A stretch of DNA of 64,000 nucleotides from Christensenellaceae bacterium (GCA_045599205.1 JAZRVM010000015.1:24742-88741), one strand, 5' to 3'; shown: positions 1 to 10,321, numbered from the stretch's first letter. Program-made: numbers and translations. The notes: generated by a model from the letters alone, not told the origin.

Positions 1-659
1 AACGTTACAGTAAAATCTTCTCTGCCGAAAATAACGGAAAATGAGTTTATATCATCAAAAACATATTCGCCGATTAAACACAAATCGTAATGATACGGCT
101 TAACTTTCCCGTTCTTATAAAAAACCCTACCGTCGGGAGAAAAATAAAGCTTAACGATTTCCTGCGTATCCGCACGAAATTCAATAAACCGCCCTGTCGT
201 AGTCGTCAAAACGCCTTCGGGGGATTTATGATAATAGGATTTGCTGATTTTAACGTCAAAATCAAAACGCAAAACCCCACAGGAAAATTCATACTTTGCA
301 CACGGAACAGGAAAAGTAAAATCATCGTTTAAAACGACTTTTTTGTCAAGAATTTTGGCACGTTTCGTATAAAGATGCCACCCTAAAAAAACCGTATGTG
401 ATTCTCTTTTGTACGCCGAATATTTTTCGTTTCTATCGATTTTAATATTTTTTAAGTTTTTAATAATTTCAGCCTCGGAAAAAGCTTTTTCGTTAAATAA
501 GTTTTTCCCGTACTCTTTTGACATAAACTCGATATAATGCGACAAAAACTCTTTTTGGTCATTAAAAAAAAGAGGAGAATCTTCGCCGTAAAAATCAATC
601 TTACCTCTTTTTAACTTATCGTCGTATTTTACAAATTCATTGAAAACGTCTTCTTGCAT
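1..659 (-). CDS. hypothetical protein, partial (N-terminal ~219 aa; 3' end runs off the window)
   Basis: Not in the ORF track because no stop lies in the window. On the minus strand, ATG at 657-659 follows a GAGGA Shine-Dalgarno at ~669-673. I checked every codon in this frame by hand down to position 3 and found no stop (MQEDVFNEFVKYDDKLKRGKIDFYGEDSPLFF...). No family recognised. Confidence 0.6.
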   Translation of the reverse strand, partial: MQEDVFNEFVKYDDKLKRGKIDFYGEDSPLFFNDQKEFLSHYIEFMSKEYGKNLFNEKAFSEAEIIKNLKNIKIDRNEKYSAYKRESHTVFLGWHLYTKRAKILDKKVVLNDDFTFPVPCAKYEFSCGVLRFDFDVKISKSYYHKSPEGVLTTTTGRFIEFRADTQEIVKLYFSPDGRVFYKNGKVKPYHYDLCLIGEYVFDDINSFSVIFGREDFTVT

Positions 660-715
660 TTTAATAAATCCTCAATTTTTATCATTATACCACATAAAAA
701 AAAGAAAGTAAAGAT

Positions 716-748
716 TTAAAAAAAACAAACCACCCGAAGGTGGTTTAT
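716..748 (-). terminator. intrinsic terminator after the M20 peptidase gene
   Basis: 8-bp stem aaaccacc (727-734) / ggtggttt (739-746) with loop cgaa, followed on the minus strand by a long U-tract (the A-run at 712-725). Confidence 0.8.
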
Positions 749-752
749 TTTG

Positions 753-2201
753 TTAACATTGACTTATTAAACGAATATAGAATTCAACTGCTCTATGAAT
801 TGTTTCAAGCCTGATTCTTTCGTTATTACCGTGTATAGTACTTCTTTCCTCACTCGTTAAGTCCATAGCAGAAAATCTATAAACTTTATCGGAAATCGAA
901 CCATAGTGACGGCTATCCGAACATTGAACCATAAGATAAGGAGAAACGATGCACCCCTTCCACGTTGAAGCAACGGCGTTTGCAACCTTCTTATAAGAAT
1001 CACACGCCGTTTGTGAAATCGGCGACGGATTCATACCTTGAATAACCGAGATTTTTACGTTTTCATTATCAACGGTTTTCGTCAAGTATTCAACTGCGGT
1101 ATCAATTGTATCTTCGGGATTAAGTCTGATATTAGAAACCATTTCTGCTTCAGGCGGAATAACGTTTGATGCCTTACTTCCGCTCATTTGCGTAAAAGCA
1201 ACGGTCGTACGCATAAGTGCATTAAGTTCCCCACCACTCTTTTTACAAATTTTATCTAAGACTTTACCGAATATCCAAAGGTTAGCAAAAATCATTCTAT
1301 AAACAAACGTCGATCTTCTGCCAAGCGTATCGAACATTTCGGCAACAGGTTTCGTTAAATGCATCTTGAAAGGATTGTTTTCAATCTTAACACATGCATC
1401 GGACAAAACGCCTACAGGTGTATGTGGCTTTGGTGCCGAAGCATGCCCACCTGCGGATTTTACCTTATAATTTATATCAATCATACCCTTTTCGGCAATA
1501 CCGATAAGTCCGCATTGTTCTTTAACGCCGGGGAAAATGTCTTTAACGACAGCCCCGCCTTCGTCAATTACGAGTTCTGGCGTAATACCGTTCTTTTTAA
1601 AGTAATCAACGATATTTATTGCGCCACGACCGTTAATTTCTTCTCCACCGGAAAATGCAAAGTAAATATCGTGTTCGGGAACGAAGCCATTTTTAATAAG
1701 ATGATCCGATGCCGTCATTACGCCGTTAAACGTAACTTTTGTGTCGAGAGTTCCTCTGCCCCACAAAACGCCGTTTTCGATTATACCTTCAAAAGGCGGT
1801 TTTTCCCAATCTTCTTCGTTTACGGGAACAACGTCGTAATGCGCCATCAAAACAGCAGGAGTTCCGTTTTCTTTGCCTTTCCACTTAAAAAGAAGTGCAC
1901 GGTCAGGAAGTTTCTCAAGCGTACAAACCTTATAAACGTTTGGAAAAAGTTCAGGCAATAAACCTATAAGTTTTTCAAATTCGCTATCGTCTTCTATCTT
2001 ACTGTCACGGTTAGAAACGGTCTTACATTTAACTAAAGTTTGAAGATTCTTAACCGCTTTGTCTTTATCAAAAACAATTTCGTTAGAGTCAACCGTAACG
2101 TTTGCCTTTGGCTTAAACATAGCAGTTCTGATTAAAATGGTTGCCAAAAGTCCCACAATAATAGCACAGATGGCGATAATAATGTACCAATAAAATTCCA
2201 T
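753..2201 (-). CDS. M20-family metallopeptidase (ArgE/DapE/CPG2-like) with N-terminal membrane anchor
   Basis: 482-aa ORF. N-terminal hydrophobic helix, then M20-type motifs in the translation: MAHYDVVP, WGRGTLDTK, FSGGEEINGRGA, IDEGG. Confidence 0.8.
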   Translation of the reverse strand: MEFYWYIIIAICAIIVGLLATILIRTAMFKPKANVTVDSNEIVFDKDKAVKNLQTLVKCKTVSNRDSKIEDDSEFEKLIGLLPELFPNVYKVCTLEKLPDRALLFKWKGKENGTPAVLMAHYDVVPVNEEDWEKPPFEGIIENGVLWGRGTLDTKVTFNGVMTASDHLIKNGFVPEHDIYFAFSGGEEINGRGAINIVDYFKKNGITPELVIDEGGAVVKDIFPGVKEQCGLIGIAEKGMIDINYKVKSAGGHASAPKPHTPVGVLSDACVKIENNPFKMHLTKPVAEMFDTLGRRSTFVYRMIFANLWIFGKVLDKICKKSGGELNALMRTTVAFTQMSGSKASNVIPPEAEMVSNIRLNPEDTIDTAVEYLTKTVDNENVKISVIQGMNPSPISQTACDSYKKVANAVASTWKGCIVSPYLMVQCSDSRHYGSISDKVYRFSAMDLTSEERSTIHGNNERIRLETIHRAVEFYIRLISQC

Positions 2202-2216
2202 GATTTCACCTCGTTA

Positions 2217-2897
2217 TTAAATAATACCCTTCTTGTACATTAAACGTGCTACCAAAATGGTAAATACAACACCGACAGGTACCATAATACCAACCGTGCT
2301 TGCGTTTAAGGCAGGAACGAATATAAATAATATAAGCATCAAAATGATTGTCGGTAGAGCAACTTTCCAGTTCTTTGAAACGAATACAACAGCAAGCCCA
2401 CCGAAAAGTGCCGGAAGAATTTGGTCAAAAGCAGGTTGTAACGTTGGCGAACTTAAAAGATTCGAAAGCGGAGTTACGCTAATCAAAATTACACCCAAAA
2501 CAATTATACCCGTCGTAACGATACTCGAAACTGCAATCGAAATCGTGGAAACGAGTTCGCCTTCTTCGGAACTTGCTTTAAGGTTAGCACTTTCAAGTGC
2601 GTTAAGAGCACAAGGAAGTTTTAAGTTTGAAATATTTCCTGTTACAAATGACAGATATGCCCCGCCTGCACCAAGCATAGGAACGTAGGTAAAAATTTCG
2701 ATAATACCTACTGCCCAATACATAGGAACGGTTGCGAGCATTCCTTTAAGTAACGGTTCCCATTCTGGAACGGCACCAAACATTATCATCAATGCCACAG
2801 GGAAAACAATTATAAGTGCCAAAATAATATATCCCCAAATCATACCATAACGGTGAACGCTATCCATATAAGATAAACCGGTTTTATTCTTAGCCAT
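2217..2897 (-). CDS. polytopic membrane protein, uncharacterised
   Basis: 226-aa ORF that is almost entirely hydrophobic helices. Its start overlaps the stop of the upstream gene at 2897, suggesting translational coupling. No family recognised. Confidence 0.75.
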   Translation of the reverse strand: MAKNKTGLSYMDSVHRYGMIWGYIILALIIVFPVALMIMFGAVPEWEPLLKGMLATVPMYWAVGIIEIFTYVPMLGAGGAYLSFVTGNISNLKLPCALNALESANLKASSEEGELVSTISIAVSSIVTTGIIVLGVILISVTPLSNLLSSPTLQPAFDQILPALFGGLAVVFVSKNWKVALPTIILMLILFIFVPALNASTVGIMVPVGVVFTILVARLMYKKGII

Positions 2898-3703
2898 TAT
2901 ATTTTACCTCCAAAAAACATTGTAAACGGAATTGCCGACGCCATACCAAGTACCAAACTGATAGGAAGGGCGTAATCGGTAATCCAGCGTGCTTTGGTCT
3001 TCTTTGAAATAATACCGAGCACAGCCATAACAAGAGCGGAAACAACCATTACGCAAATCGGTACTATACCCGAAGTGCTTGTGTAACTGACTTGCTGTTT
3101 AACTCCGTCAATTTTTTCCATAGTCGTAAACACACCGTCGGTTGATTTCCATAATCTATCAACGTTACAGAAAACGAATCCGAGGAAGGCAGAAATCATA
3201 CCCAAAAACATTGCAGAGTTAAAAATTTCACCCCACTTTTTATCCTTGCTTTCGATTTTGATCATACCGTTTTGAATCTTTTTGGTTAAAATAGGAACCA
3301 AAATAAGTCCGATAATAATACCAAAAGTCATTACCCAAACAACCGTAACAAATGCAGACGCTGTCGCAACGGGAGTAGCCATTGAACCGCCCAAAGGCAA
3401 TAAAGCATTAGCGGCAGCAGTCGTTTCGTACGAAAGGGAGCCGATAATCGACAATCTAAGCCAAGGAACGGGAATACCCAAACTTTGCGAAAGAACGACA
3501 ACACCGATTAAGATTGCAATAGCAGGTGCAATAGTAAAAATTGCGGAAGTCGTTATCGTGTTCTTTACGACAGAACCGGCAAGACCGATTTCTTTTGCAC
3601 GCTTTAACGCACGAACCAAAAAGAAAATAGATTGTCCCAAAACCGCAGCAACGATAATACCAACCATCACGAAAAGTATAGGACTGTTAATATCAAATTC
3701 CAT
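2897..3703 (-). CDS. polytopic membrane protein (possibly DUF5058-like)
   Basis: 268-aa hydrophobic ORF. The N-terminus MEFDINSPILFVMVGIIVAAVLGQSIFFLVRALKRAKE resembles DUF5058 proteins from memory only. It is the first gene of a three-gene block ending in the M20 peptidase. Confidence 0.7.
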   Translation of the reverse strand: MEFDINSPILFVMVGIIVAAVLGQSIFFLVRALKRAKEIGLAGSVVKNTITTSAIFTIAPAIAILIGVVVLSQSLGIPVPWLRLSIIGSLSYETTAAANALLPLGGSMATPVATASAFVTVVWVMTFGIIIGLILVPILTKKIQNGMIKIESKDKKWGEIFNSAMFLGMISAFLGFVFCNVDRLWKSTDGVFTTMEKIDGVKQQVSYTSTSGIVPICVMVVSALVMAVLGIISKKTKARWITDYALPISLVLGMASAIPFTMFFGGKI

Positions 3704-3800
3704 ACAAATCTCCTTTTTTTACAAAATACTTAACTTATTATACATTATTTTTATTTATTTTTCAATACAATTATATAAAAAAACAATAAATTCACATAAA

Positions 3801-3826
3801 TAAAAAAGTGGGCATTAACCCACTTT
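3801..3826 (-). terminator. intrinsic terminator after potD
   Basis: Stem aagtggg (3806-3812) / cccactt (3819-3825), followed by a U-tract on the minus strand. Confidence 0.75.
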
Positions 3827-3831
3827 TATTA

Positions 3832-5460
3832 TTATAGTTCCTCAATTTTGATAACCGTCAAATCTTTACGTCTTTGTTTATTATTGTTTTTCTTTTTCTT
3901 TTCGATATAAATTTTATCATTAAACTTAAATAAAACCAATATAACGATAACCAAAATGATACAACCGATTATCAACCAAATTGCCGTAGTCGATAACGTT
4001 GTTAACTTAACTTTACTCCACATTTCGTTTATTTTTGTAAGAGTGTCCGTATCAAAGTTTGCCATTATGGCACACCTATTTATAGTTTCCTCGTCCGGAT
4101 ATTGAGCATAAAGCATTTGAAAATTATCTTCGGTAGAATATATTACGTAATCTTCCCCACCGAAAAAATAATTTAAGTCAAGTGCATAAACGGGAACAAG
4201 ACTGTCGACGACATCTCCGTCTTCGGTAACTTCAACCCCCCTTAAACGGTATCCGCCTTCTCCGTCTTCTTCGACTTCACCATAAACACCGATAACGGAA
4301 TATAAATCGTTTTCGGTATCAACGCAGACAAAATCTTCTTCGAAATACTCTTCGTCATCTATAAGTTGTTGCTTTTCATCGGCGGAATAATATTCCATTT
4401 CCATTTCGGCACTGTACCAATCTTGGGCAAGTTCAAATACGGTATCCGTGGCGATACAACTCGTGTATCCCGTATAATCCATATTTTCCACTACAACGTC
4501 GTCAGAGCAAAGATAGTTTAAAAATTCAATACAATCCGCTTCTTGCTGACCGGTAGTGCTTTTCGACATAACGTAAGCGTCAAACCAAACGTTTGAACCT
4601 TCATCGGGGATTACGTAACCGAGATTTACCCCAACTTCTGCCCCGGATTCTAAAGCATAAACGGCATCACCGCTCCAAGCAAAATAAACGTCAATCCTTT
4701 CTCTTATAATATCGGACTTCGCACTATCAACTTCAAAACAGTACAAATTTTGTTTTGCATCTTGCAAAAACTCCTGAACTTTTGCAATAGTTTCGTCGTC
4801 CGTCCTATTAAAAATTTCCGTAACAGATGCATTATAGTTTTCGGAATTTTTATTCAAGGCTAAAAGTTCATCTCTATATATAGCCCCGACCGACATAGTA
4901 TAAGTATCACGAATACTGTCTTTAATAGTAATTCTATCGAAATATTTATTGTCTAAAACTGCGTTCCATGCGTTTAAATTCCAATCATCATCCTCGGCTG
5001 AATACACGTCCATATTATAAACGAAACCCATCGTTCCCCACATATATCCAACGGCGTAAGTTTTGTCGTCATCTTCATAAAAACCGAGTTCGGAGAATTT
5101 TTTGTTGATATATTCCGATGCACCGTTCTTAAAGTTTTCGGGCATTGTGAACGGCTTAATCATATCTTCTTCTATCATCTTCATAACCATGTATTCTGAT
5201 GGACATAAAAGATTTGCACCGTTCGGGTTCTTTTTCAGTTCGTTATACAATTCTTCAACGGTTGCCATCGTATAATAATTAACGTCAAAATCGTGAGAAT
5301 CGTTAAAGTTTTCAATTACGTCTTCCCCGATATAATCTTCAACGGAATAAACGTTTATTTCTCGCTTTTCCGCCTTGACACTTTTTGAATATAACGGGCA
5401 AAATATAATCAATAAAACGGCAATCTCTATCGCAAGAAAATTACACAATATTTTTTTCAT
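3832..5460 (-). CDS. potD: spermidine/putrescine ABC transporter substrate-binding protein, atypically long (acidic insertion plus C-terminal TM anchor)
   Basis: 542-aa ORF, last gene of the potABCD block, with a PotD-like core. It has an N-terminal signal/anchor (MKKILCNFLAIEIAVLLIIFCPLY), a D/E-rich insertion and a C-terminal helix TTAIWLIIGCIILVIVILVLFKF followed by KKKKNNNKQRRK. Confidence 0.75.
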   Translation of the reverse strand: MKKILCNFLAIEIAVLLIIFCPLYSKSVKAEKREINVYSVEDYIGEDVIENFNDSHDFDVNYYTMATVEELYNELKKNPNGANLLCPSEYMVMKMIEEDMIKPFTMPENFKNGASEYINKKFSELGFYEDDDKTYAVGYMWGTMGFVYNMDVYSAEDDDWNLNAWNAVLDNKYFDRITIKDSIRDTYTMSVGAIYRDELLALNKNSENYNASVTEIFNRTDDETIAKVQEFLQDAKQNLYCFEVDSAKSDIIRERIDVYFAWSGDAVYALESGAEVGVNLGYVIPDEGSNVWFDAYVMSKSTTGQQEADCIEFLNYLCSDDVVVENMDYTGYTSCIATDTVFELAQDWYSAEMEMEYYSADEKQQLIDDEEYFEEDFVCVDTENDLYSVIGVYGEVEEDGEGGYRLRGVEVTEDGDVVDSLVPVYALDLNYFFGGEDYVIYSTEDNFQMLYAQYPDEETINRCAIMANFDTDTLTKINEMWSKVKLTTLSTTAIWLIIGCIILVIVILVLFKFNDKIYIEKKKKNNNKQRRKDLTVIKIEEL

Positions 5461-5464
5461 AATA

Positions 5465-6256
5465 TCACATAACCTCCTTTGCCTTTTTGCCGGATTTAAT
5501 GTTTATTATCACAACAACAATAAACGTCAAAACAAATATGATAGTGGTAAGCGCCCTGTAAACAGGAATAGCCTCACTTGCGGCTTCGGTAGTAACTGCT
5601 ATTGCTTTATATACAGCCGTACTTATCGTATCAAATCCCATAGGAGATAGAGTTGCCGTAACGATGTAATCGTCAAGCGAAAGCGTTATTGCCAACATAA
5701 AACCGGTAAACACCCCGGGAAGAATTTCGGGCAAAATAACCTTAAAGAGTGCTTGCGTCGGCGTTGCACCAAGGTCCAACGCCGCTTCGTAAAGCGAAGA
5801 GTCCATTTGTTTTAATTTCGGCAAAACCGACAAAACTACAAATGGCGCAGATAAAATAATATGCCCAACGTATAAGCCGAAAATCGACCTAAACGAAACG
5901 CCTAAAATCATAAACAGCATAACCAAGGCACAAGCCGTTACGATTTCGGAGTTTACAACCGGAATTTGAGAAATTGCGTTGACAAACTTCCCCTTTTTAC
6001 CTTTTGAATAAAAAATACCGATTGCACCGAGCGTTCCTAAAACGGTTGATGCCGTTGCCGAGATTACGGCAAGTAATACAGTATTTATTATAACGTCCGA
6101 AATGTCGCCCAATTTACCGTACCACTTAAAAGAAAAACCTTCCCAAACACCTATCCAGTTACCACTATTGAAAGAAAAAATAACGAGAATAAAAATAGGG
6201 ATATAAATAAAAGCCAAGAGTAGGAAAATATAACCACGGGATAAAAATTTTCTCAT
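5465..6256 (-). CDS. potC: spermidine/putrescine ABC transporter permease
   Basis: 263-aa six-helix permease with an EAA loop ([26 protein letters not shown]). Confidence 0.85.
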   Translation of the reverse strand: MRKFLSRGYIFLLLAFIYIPIFILVIFSFNSGNWIGVWEGFSFKWYGKLGDISDVIINTVLLAVISATASTVLGTLGAIGIFYSKGKKGKFVNAISQIPVVNSEIVTACALVMLFMILGVSFRSIFGLYVGHIILSAPFVVLSVLPKLKQMDSSLYEAALDLGATPTQALFKVILPEILPGVFTGFMLAITLSLDDYIVTATLSPMGFDTISTAVYKAIAVTTEAASEAIPVYRALTTIIFVLTFIVVVIINIKSGKKAKEVM

Positions 6257-7116
6257 TACAAATTTGTCCCCCTTGAATTATTTTCACTCTTAAATCCACC
6301 GGTTAAAAGCATAGTCACAAACATGATAACAAGCATTATAAGCGATATTATTGCACCGGAGTTTTGGTTGATTTGCGTACCGTTTTCACCCAAGAAGCAC
6401 CACGCAATAAGTTTTCCAATAACGGAAAATCCCCTTGCACCGCTAAAAGTATCGGTGATAACGTAACAACTCATAACGGGTAAAAACACCATCATTGCAC
6501 CACTTATAACACCCGGTAAAGAAAGCGGAAGCGTTACGGAAGTAAACACTTTTACCTTACTTGCACCGAGATCCAACGCTGCTTCTTCCAAACTTTTATC
6601 CATCTTAATCAGCGTTGAATATAGCGGTAAAATCATAAACGGCAAAAAGTCGTAAGTCAGTCCGATTATATTTGCAAATGAACCGAGCGGTATTCCGATA
6701 AGCGTTAAAAGTTCCTTCATCGCCATTGCACGAAGAACAAAATTTATCCACGTCGGAATTATAAACAAAAGCAAAAAAATAAATGCGACGGATTTTTTCA
6801 TTTTCGACAAAATATACGCCAAAGGATATGCCAAGAGTAAACAAATTACAGTTATCAACAAAGCAACCAAAATACTGATTAAAAGAGTACTGATTTTTGT
6901 CGTATTAGTGAAAAAATCGATAAAGTTCATAAATGAAATATTTCCGTTTGCGTCGGTAAAAGCGTAGTAAACGACAACGAGCAAAGGAATAACTACGAAC
7001 ATTACTATAAATAACGCATATGGAATACAAAGTTGACCCCTTGAAAAAGGAAATCTTTTTTTACGAGAGCCAACTGTAAATGGTTCTTTTTGTACCATTT
7101 TAACGTCTTCTCTCAT
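6256..7116 (-). CDS. potB: spermidine/putrescine ABC transporter permease
   Basis: 286-aa permease with an EAA loop ([27 protein letters not shown]). Its ends overlap both potA and potC. Confidence 0.85.
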   Translation of the reverse strand: MREDVKMVQKEPFTVGSRKKRFPFSRGQLCIPYALFIVMFVVIPLLVVVYYAFTDANGNISFMNFIDFFTNTTKISTLLISILVALLITVICLLLAYPLAYILSKMKKSVAFIFLLLFIIPTWINFVLRAMAMKELLTLIGIPLGSFANIIGLTYDFLPFMILPLYSTLIKMDKSLEEAALDLGASKVKVFTSVTLPLSLPGVISGAMMVFLPVMSCYVITDTFSGARGFSVIGKLIAWCFLGENGTQINQNSGAIISLIMLVIMFVTMLLTGGFKSENNSRGTNL

Positions 7117-8621
7117 CTTACTATCTCCTGTTTAAGCGTAAGTTTAATATTTTCTTTTTTAATAATAACGGATACTCTGTCGTTTTCGTTCCACGTATCT
7201 TCCGTGTCGAAAACAAAATCTTCTTCGTTTTCATCCGTCCTTACGATAAGTTGGTAGTGGTCGCCTTTATAAATCATCGAAACGATATTTCCAACTGCTC
7301 CACCAACGTTTTGGTCATCGGAAATTTCAATATCTTTTAATCCGACTTCAACTTTAACGTCAACGTCAGTTAAATCGATTTTTTCGCCTTCGGCGGTTAT
7401 TAAATACCCTTCTTCGTCCAAATGAGATCCTGCGTATAATTGCGTAACGTCGCACTCAAACTCGCCGTCACCAAAACAAACCGTGTTTTTCTTTGTAATG
7501 TATCCGTCATATTTGTTTGACGAAAATTCTTTTGCCATAATATGAATGCCGTCGGGTTTAATCGTTATGCTAACGTTCTCCCCCACCTTTCTTTCGATGG
7601 TATCTTGAATTACGACTTCCGTCTTACCTACCATCATAACCATTTCATAATGGACACCCTTAAAAATCGAACTTACGATTTTACCGTTTACTTGTCCTTT
7701 ACCTTCGTCAAGTAACTCTATATCTTCCGGTCTAACTACAACATCAACCTTTTCGTTTTTAGGGAAAACGTCAAGGCAATCAAAATTGTATCCGATAAAC
7801 CTAACTTTTTTATCCTCGAGATAAGTACCGCTGAAAATATTACTTTCCCCGATAAAATCGGCAACAAAAGAGTTCTTCGGCTCGTTATATACGTCAGTCG
7901 GAGTGCCAACTTGTTGAATAACTCCGTCGTTCATAACGACAATCGTATCACTCATTGTAAGTGCTTCTTCTTGGTCGTGCGTAACGTAAATAAAAGTAAT
8001 GCCGAGTTTACGGTGCATTTCTTTTAATTCGAGTTGCATGTCCTTTCTCATTTTAAGGTCAAGAGCACCCAAAGGTTCGTCGAGCAACAAAATTTGAGGT
8101 TGATTAACTATTGCCCTTGCGATTGCAACACGTTGTTGTTGTCCACCCGAAAGCGTTGAAATACTTCTTTTTTCAAAGCCCTCAAGGTCAACGATTTTCA
8201 AAGCCTTTTCAACTTTTTCGGCAATTTCTTTTTTGGTTAATTTTTCTATTTTAGAAAACCGATTACCATCTTTATCTTGGTAGGTAACCTTAACTTTTTT
8301 AAGTTTAAGCCCAAATGCAATATTATCAAAAACGTTAAGATGAGGGAAAAGTGCGTATCGCTGGAAAACGGTATTGATGGGTCTTTTATTCGGCGGAAGA
8401 ATTGAAATATCTTCTCCGTTAAGAAGAATTTTTCCGGTCGTTGGCTTGTCAAATCCGGAAATCATACGAAGTGTCGTAGTTTTTCCGCAACCGGAAGGCC
8501 CTAAAAAGGTAACGAATTCGCCTTTTTTGATTTTGAGATTAACGTTGCTTACCGCAACAACACCGTTCTCAAATTGACGTGAAATGTCAACCAATTCAAT
8601 GATATTAGAATTTTCACTCAT
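7113..8621 (-). CDS. potA: spermidine/putrescine ABC transporter ATPase, extended form
   Basis: Walker [10 protein letters not shown], signature [14 protein letters not shown], Walker [12 protein letters not shown]. It is 502 aa because of an insertion after FGLKLKK and a long C-terminal regulatory region. Confidence 0.85.
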   Translation of the reverse strand: MSENSNIIELVDISRQFENGVVAVSNVNLKIKKGEFVTFLGPSGCGKTTTLRMISGFDKPTTGKILLNGEDISILPPNKRPINTVFQRYALFPHLNVFDNIAFGLKLKKVKVTYQDKDGNRFSKIEKLTKKEIAEKVEKALKIVDLEGFEKRSISTLSGGQQQRVAIARAIVNQPQILLLDEPLGALDLKMRKDMQLELKEMHRKLGITFIYVTHDQEEALTMSDTIVVMNDGVIQQVGTPTDVYNEPKNSFVADFIGESNIFSGTYLEDKKVRFIGYNFDCLDVFPKNEKVDVVVRPEDIELLDEGKGQVNGKIVSSIFKGVHYEMVMMVGKTEVVIQDTIERKVGENVSITIKPDGIHIMAKEFSSNKYDGYITKKNTVCFGDGEFECDVTQLYAGSHLDEEGYLITAEGEKIDLTDVDVKVEVGLKDIEISDDQNVGGAVGNIVSMIYKGDHYQLIVRTDENEEDFVFDTEDTWNENDRVSVIIKKENIKLTLKQEIVR

Positions 8622-8662
8622 AACAGTTTTCTCCTAAAAAATTTATCTTAAAGTTAAAAATT

Positions 8663-9199
8663 TTAAAATGATGGTGGGGATGAAACCCAAATAAACTCTG
8701 CTTCTTTTGTGTCTTTGTTTATTATTTGATGAATTTTACTTGCGGAATAATAGAAACTTTCGCCCCTTTTTACCTTAATTCTACGCTTTCCCAAAAGCAA
8801 GACGATTTCGCCCTTTATAACAAAACCGAATTCCTCTCCTTCATGCGGAAAATCTTCGTCGGTAGATGCACCCGCTTTTAATACGATATGAACGGGCTCC
8901 ATCATGTTTTTTTGCGCATTCGGAACAAGCCAGTTTAAAACATACTCGTCGGTAACCTTTTCGATAAAATCATTTTTTGTAAAAACGACTTTTTCTTCTT
9001 GATCACTTTGAGAAAAAAATTCTTTAAGGTCGGTTCCGAGTGCCGAAAGAATATCTATAAGCGTGGCAATGGAAGGGCTTGTCAAATCATTTTCAAGTTG
9101 TGAAATATATCCCTTCGTAAGTTCACACCTATCGGCAAGTTCTTCTTGCGTGAGTTCACAAGAAAGCCTTAAATCCTTTATTTTTTCGCCAATTACCAT
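8663..9199 (-). CDS. XRE-family HTH transcriptional regulator with C-terminal cupin domain (PuuR-like)
   Basis: 178 aa. N-terminal HTH (IKDLRLSCELTQEELADRCELTKGYISQLEND) and a cupin-like C-terminus (HEGEEFGFVIKGEI). First gene of the pot block. Confidence 0.8.
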   Translation of the reverse strand: MVIGEKIKDLRLSCELTQEELADRCELTKGYISQLENDLTSPSIATLIDILSALGTDLKEFFSQSDQEEKVVFTKNDFIEKVTDEYVLNWLVPNAQKNMMEPVHIVLKAGASTDEDFPHEGEEFGFVIKGEIVLLLGKRRIKVKRGESFYYSASKIHQIINKDTKEAEFIWVSSPPSF

Positions 9200-9377
9200 T
9201 TTTTACCCTTTGGTTTATTAAATTTTAACTTTAAGTTTAATAAAACTAAACCCTTAACAATGCTATATTATAAAAAAAACGTAAAAATATGTCAATAATT
9301 TTTAACATATTTTTTTTAAATTTTTTTTGCATTTTTTTCGGCGTGCCTTTTATGGTTTTTTCTAACATATTTAAGCA

Positions 9378-9408
9378 CAAAAAAAACACAGCCTTAACTG
9401 TGTTTTTA
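9378..9408 (-). terminator. intrinsic terminator after the YitT-family gene
   Basis: Stem acacag (9386-9391) / ctgtgt (9398-9403), flanked by A- and T-runs. Confidence 0.7.
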
Positions 9409-9446
9409 TTTGTTTGTTTTATAAAAAGTGTTTATCGCATTTGAGA

Positions 9447-10313
9447 TTAAAAATTTGCCTTAAAAACGTCAGCAACGTCCGATATCGTTATGTAAGCTTT
9501 TTCGTCTTTCTTCGCAACAATGTATTTAAGGGCATTTATCTGAAATCTGTTTACGACAAAATATAGCATCGTCCTTTCTTCGCCGGAATACCCGCCTTTT
9601 GCTTTAAGCACCGTCGGGCTAACCTTAAACTTTTCTTTGAGTGCATTTTGCACTTCGTCCGGTTTTGCTGTAATTATAATTGCAGCCTTTGACCTATCGA
9701 TACCTTCAACAACGAAATCCACCGCCTTTATTCCTACGATATAGGTCAAAATGGAATATAACGGAATAGTCCAAGCCCCGAGAACAAAACCGCAAATAAC
9801 GTATAAAATTACGTTATATATCATTACGAACGTTCCAACTGTTATACTTAATCTTTTTGCAAAAATAACAGCCATAACTTCAATTCCGTCGATTGCCCCA
9901 CCATACCTAATTGCAAGTCCGCTTCCAACCCCCGAAATCAAACCACCGAATAGAGCGCAAAGTAATATGTCATCACCTGCTATGGGCGAAACTTCGCTTA
10001 AATCAAATAGGACGTTAGTAAATAAAAGCGATACAAGCGAATAGATAAGTACAACGTAAAGAGAATAAACGGTAAAAGTAACACCTTGTTTTTTAAGCCC
10101 GAATATAAAAAGCGGAATATTTAATACCACAAGGAAAAACGACAACGGCAACACGGAAGAAAAAACGTTAGCAAACAACATAGAAGTGCCGGAAATACCG
10201 CTATCAAATAGCGTTGCGGGATACAAAAACAAAGTAACACCCACAGCGTTTACGACACCGGAAACGGTAAGCATAATAAAATTAAAAAATCTAAATTCGG
10301 TTTTTCTTTTCAT
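9447..10313 (-). CDS. YitT-family membrane protein (DUF2179-containing)
   Basis: 288 aa: five or six TM helices followed by a soluble C-terminal domain (KAAIIITAKPDEVQNALKEKF...ITISDV), which is typical of YitT. Confidence 0.8.
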   Translation of the reverse strand: MKRKTEFRFFNFIMLTVSGVVNAVGVTLFLYPATLFDSGISGTSMLFANVFSSVLPLSFFLVVLNIPLFIFGLKKQGVTFTVYSLYVVLIYSLVSLLFTNVLFDLSEVSPIAGDDILLCALFGGLISGVGSGLAIRYGGAIDGIEVMAVIFAKRLSITVGTFVMIYNVILYVICGFVLGAWTIPLYSILTYIVGIKAVDFVVEGIDRSKAAIIITAKPDEVQNALKEKFKVSPTVLKAKGGYSGEERTMLYFVVNRFQINALKYIVAKKDEKAYITISDVADVFKANF

Positions 10314-10321
10314 CTTTCACC

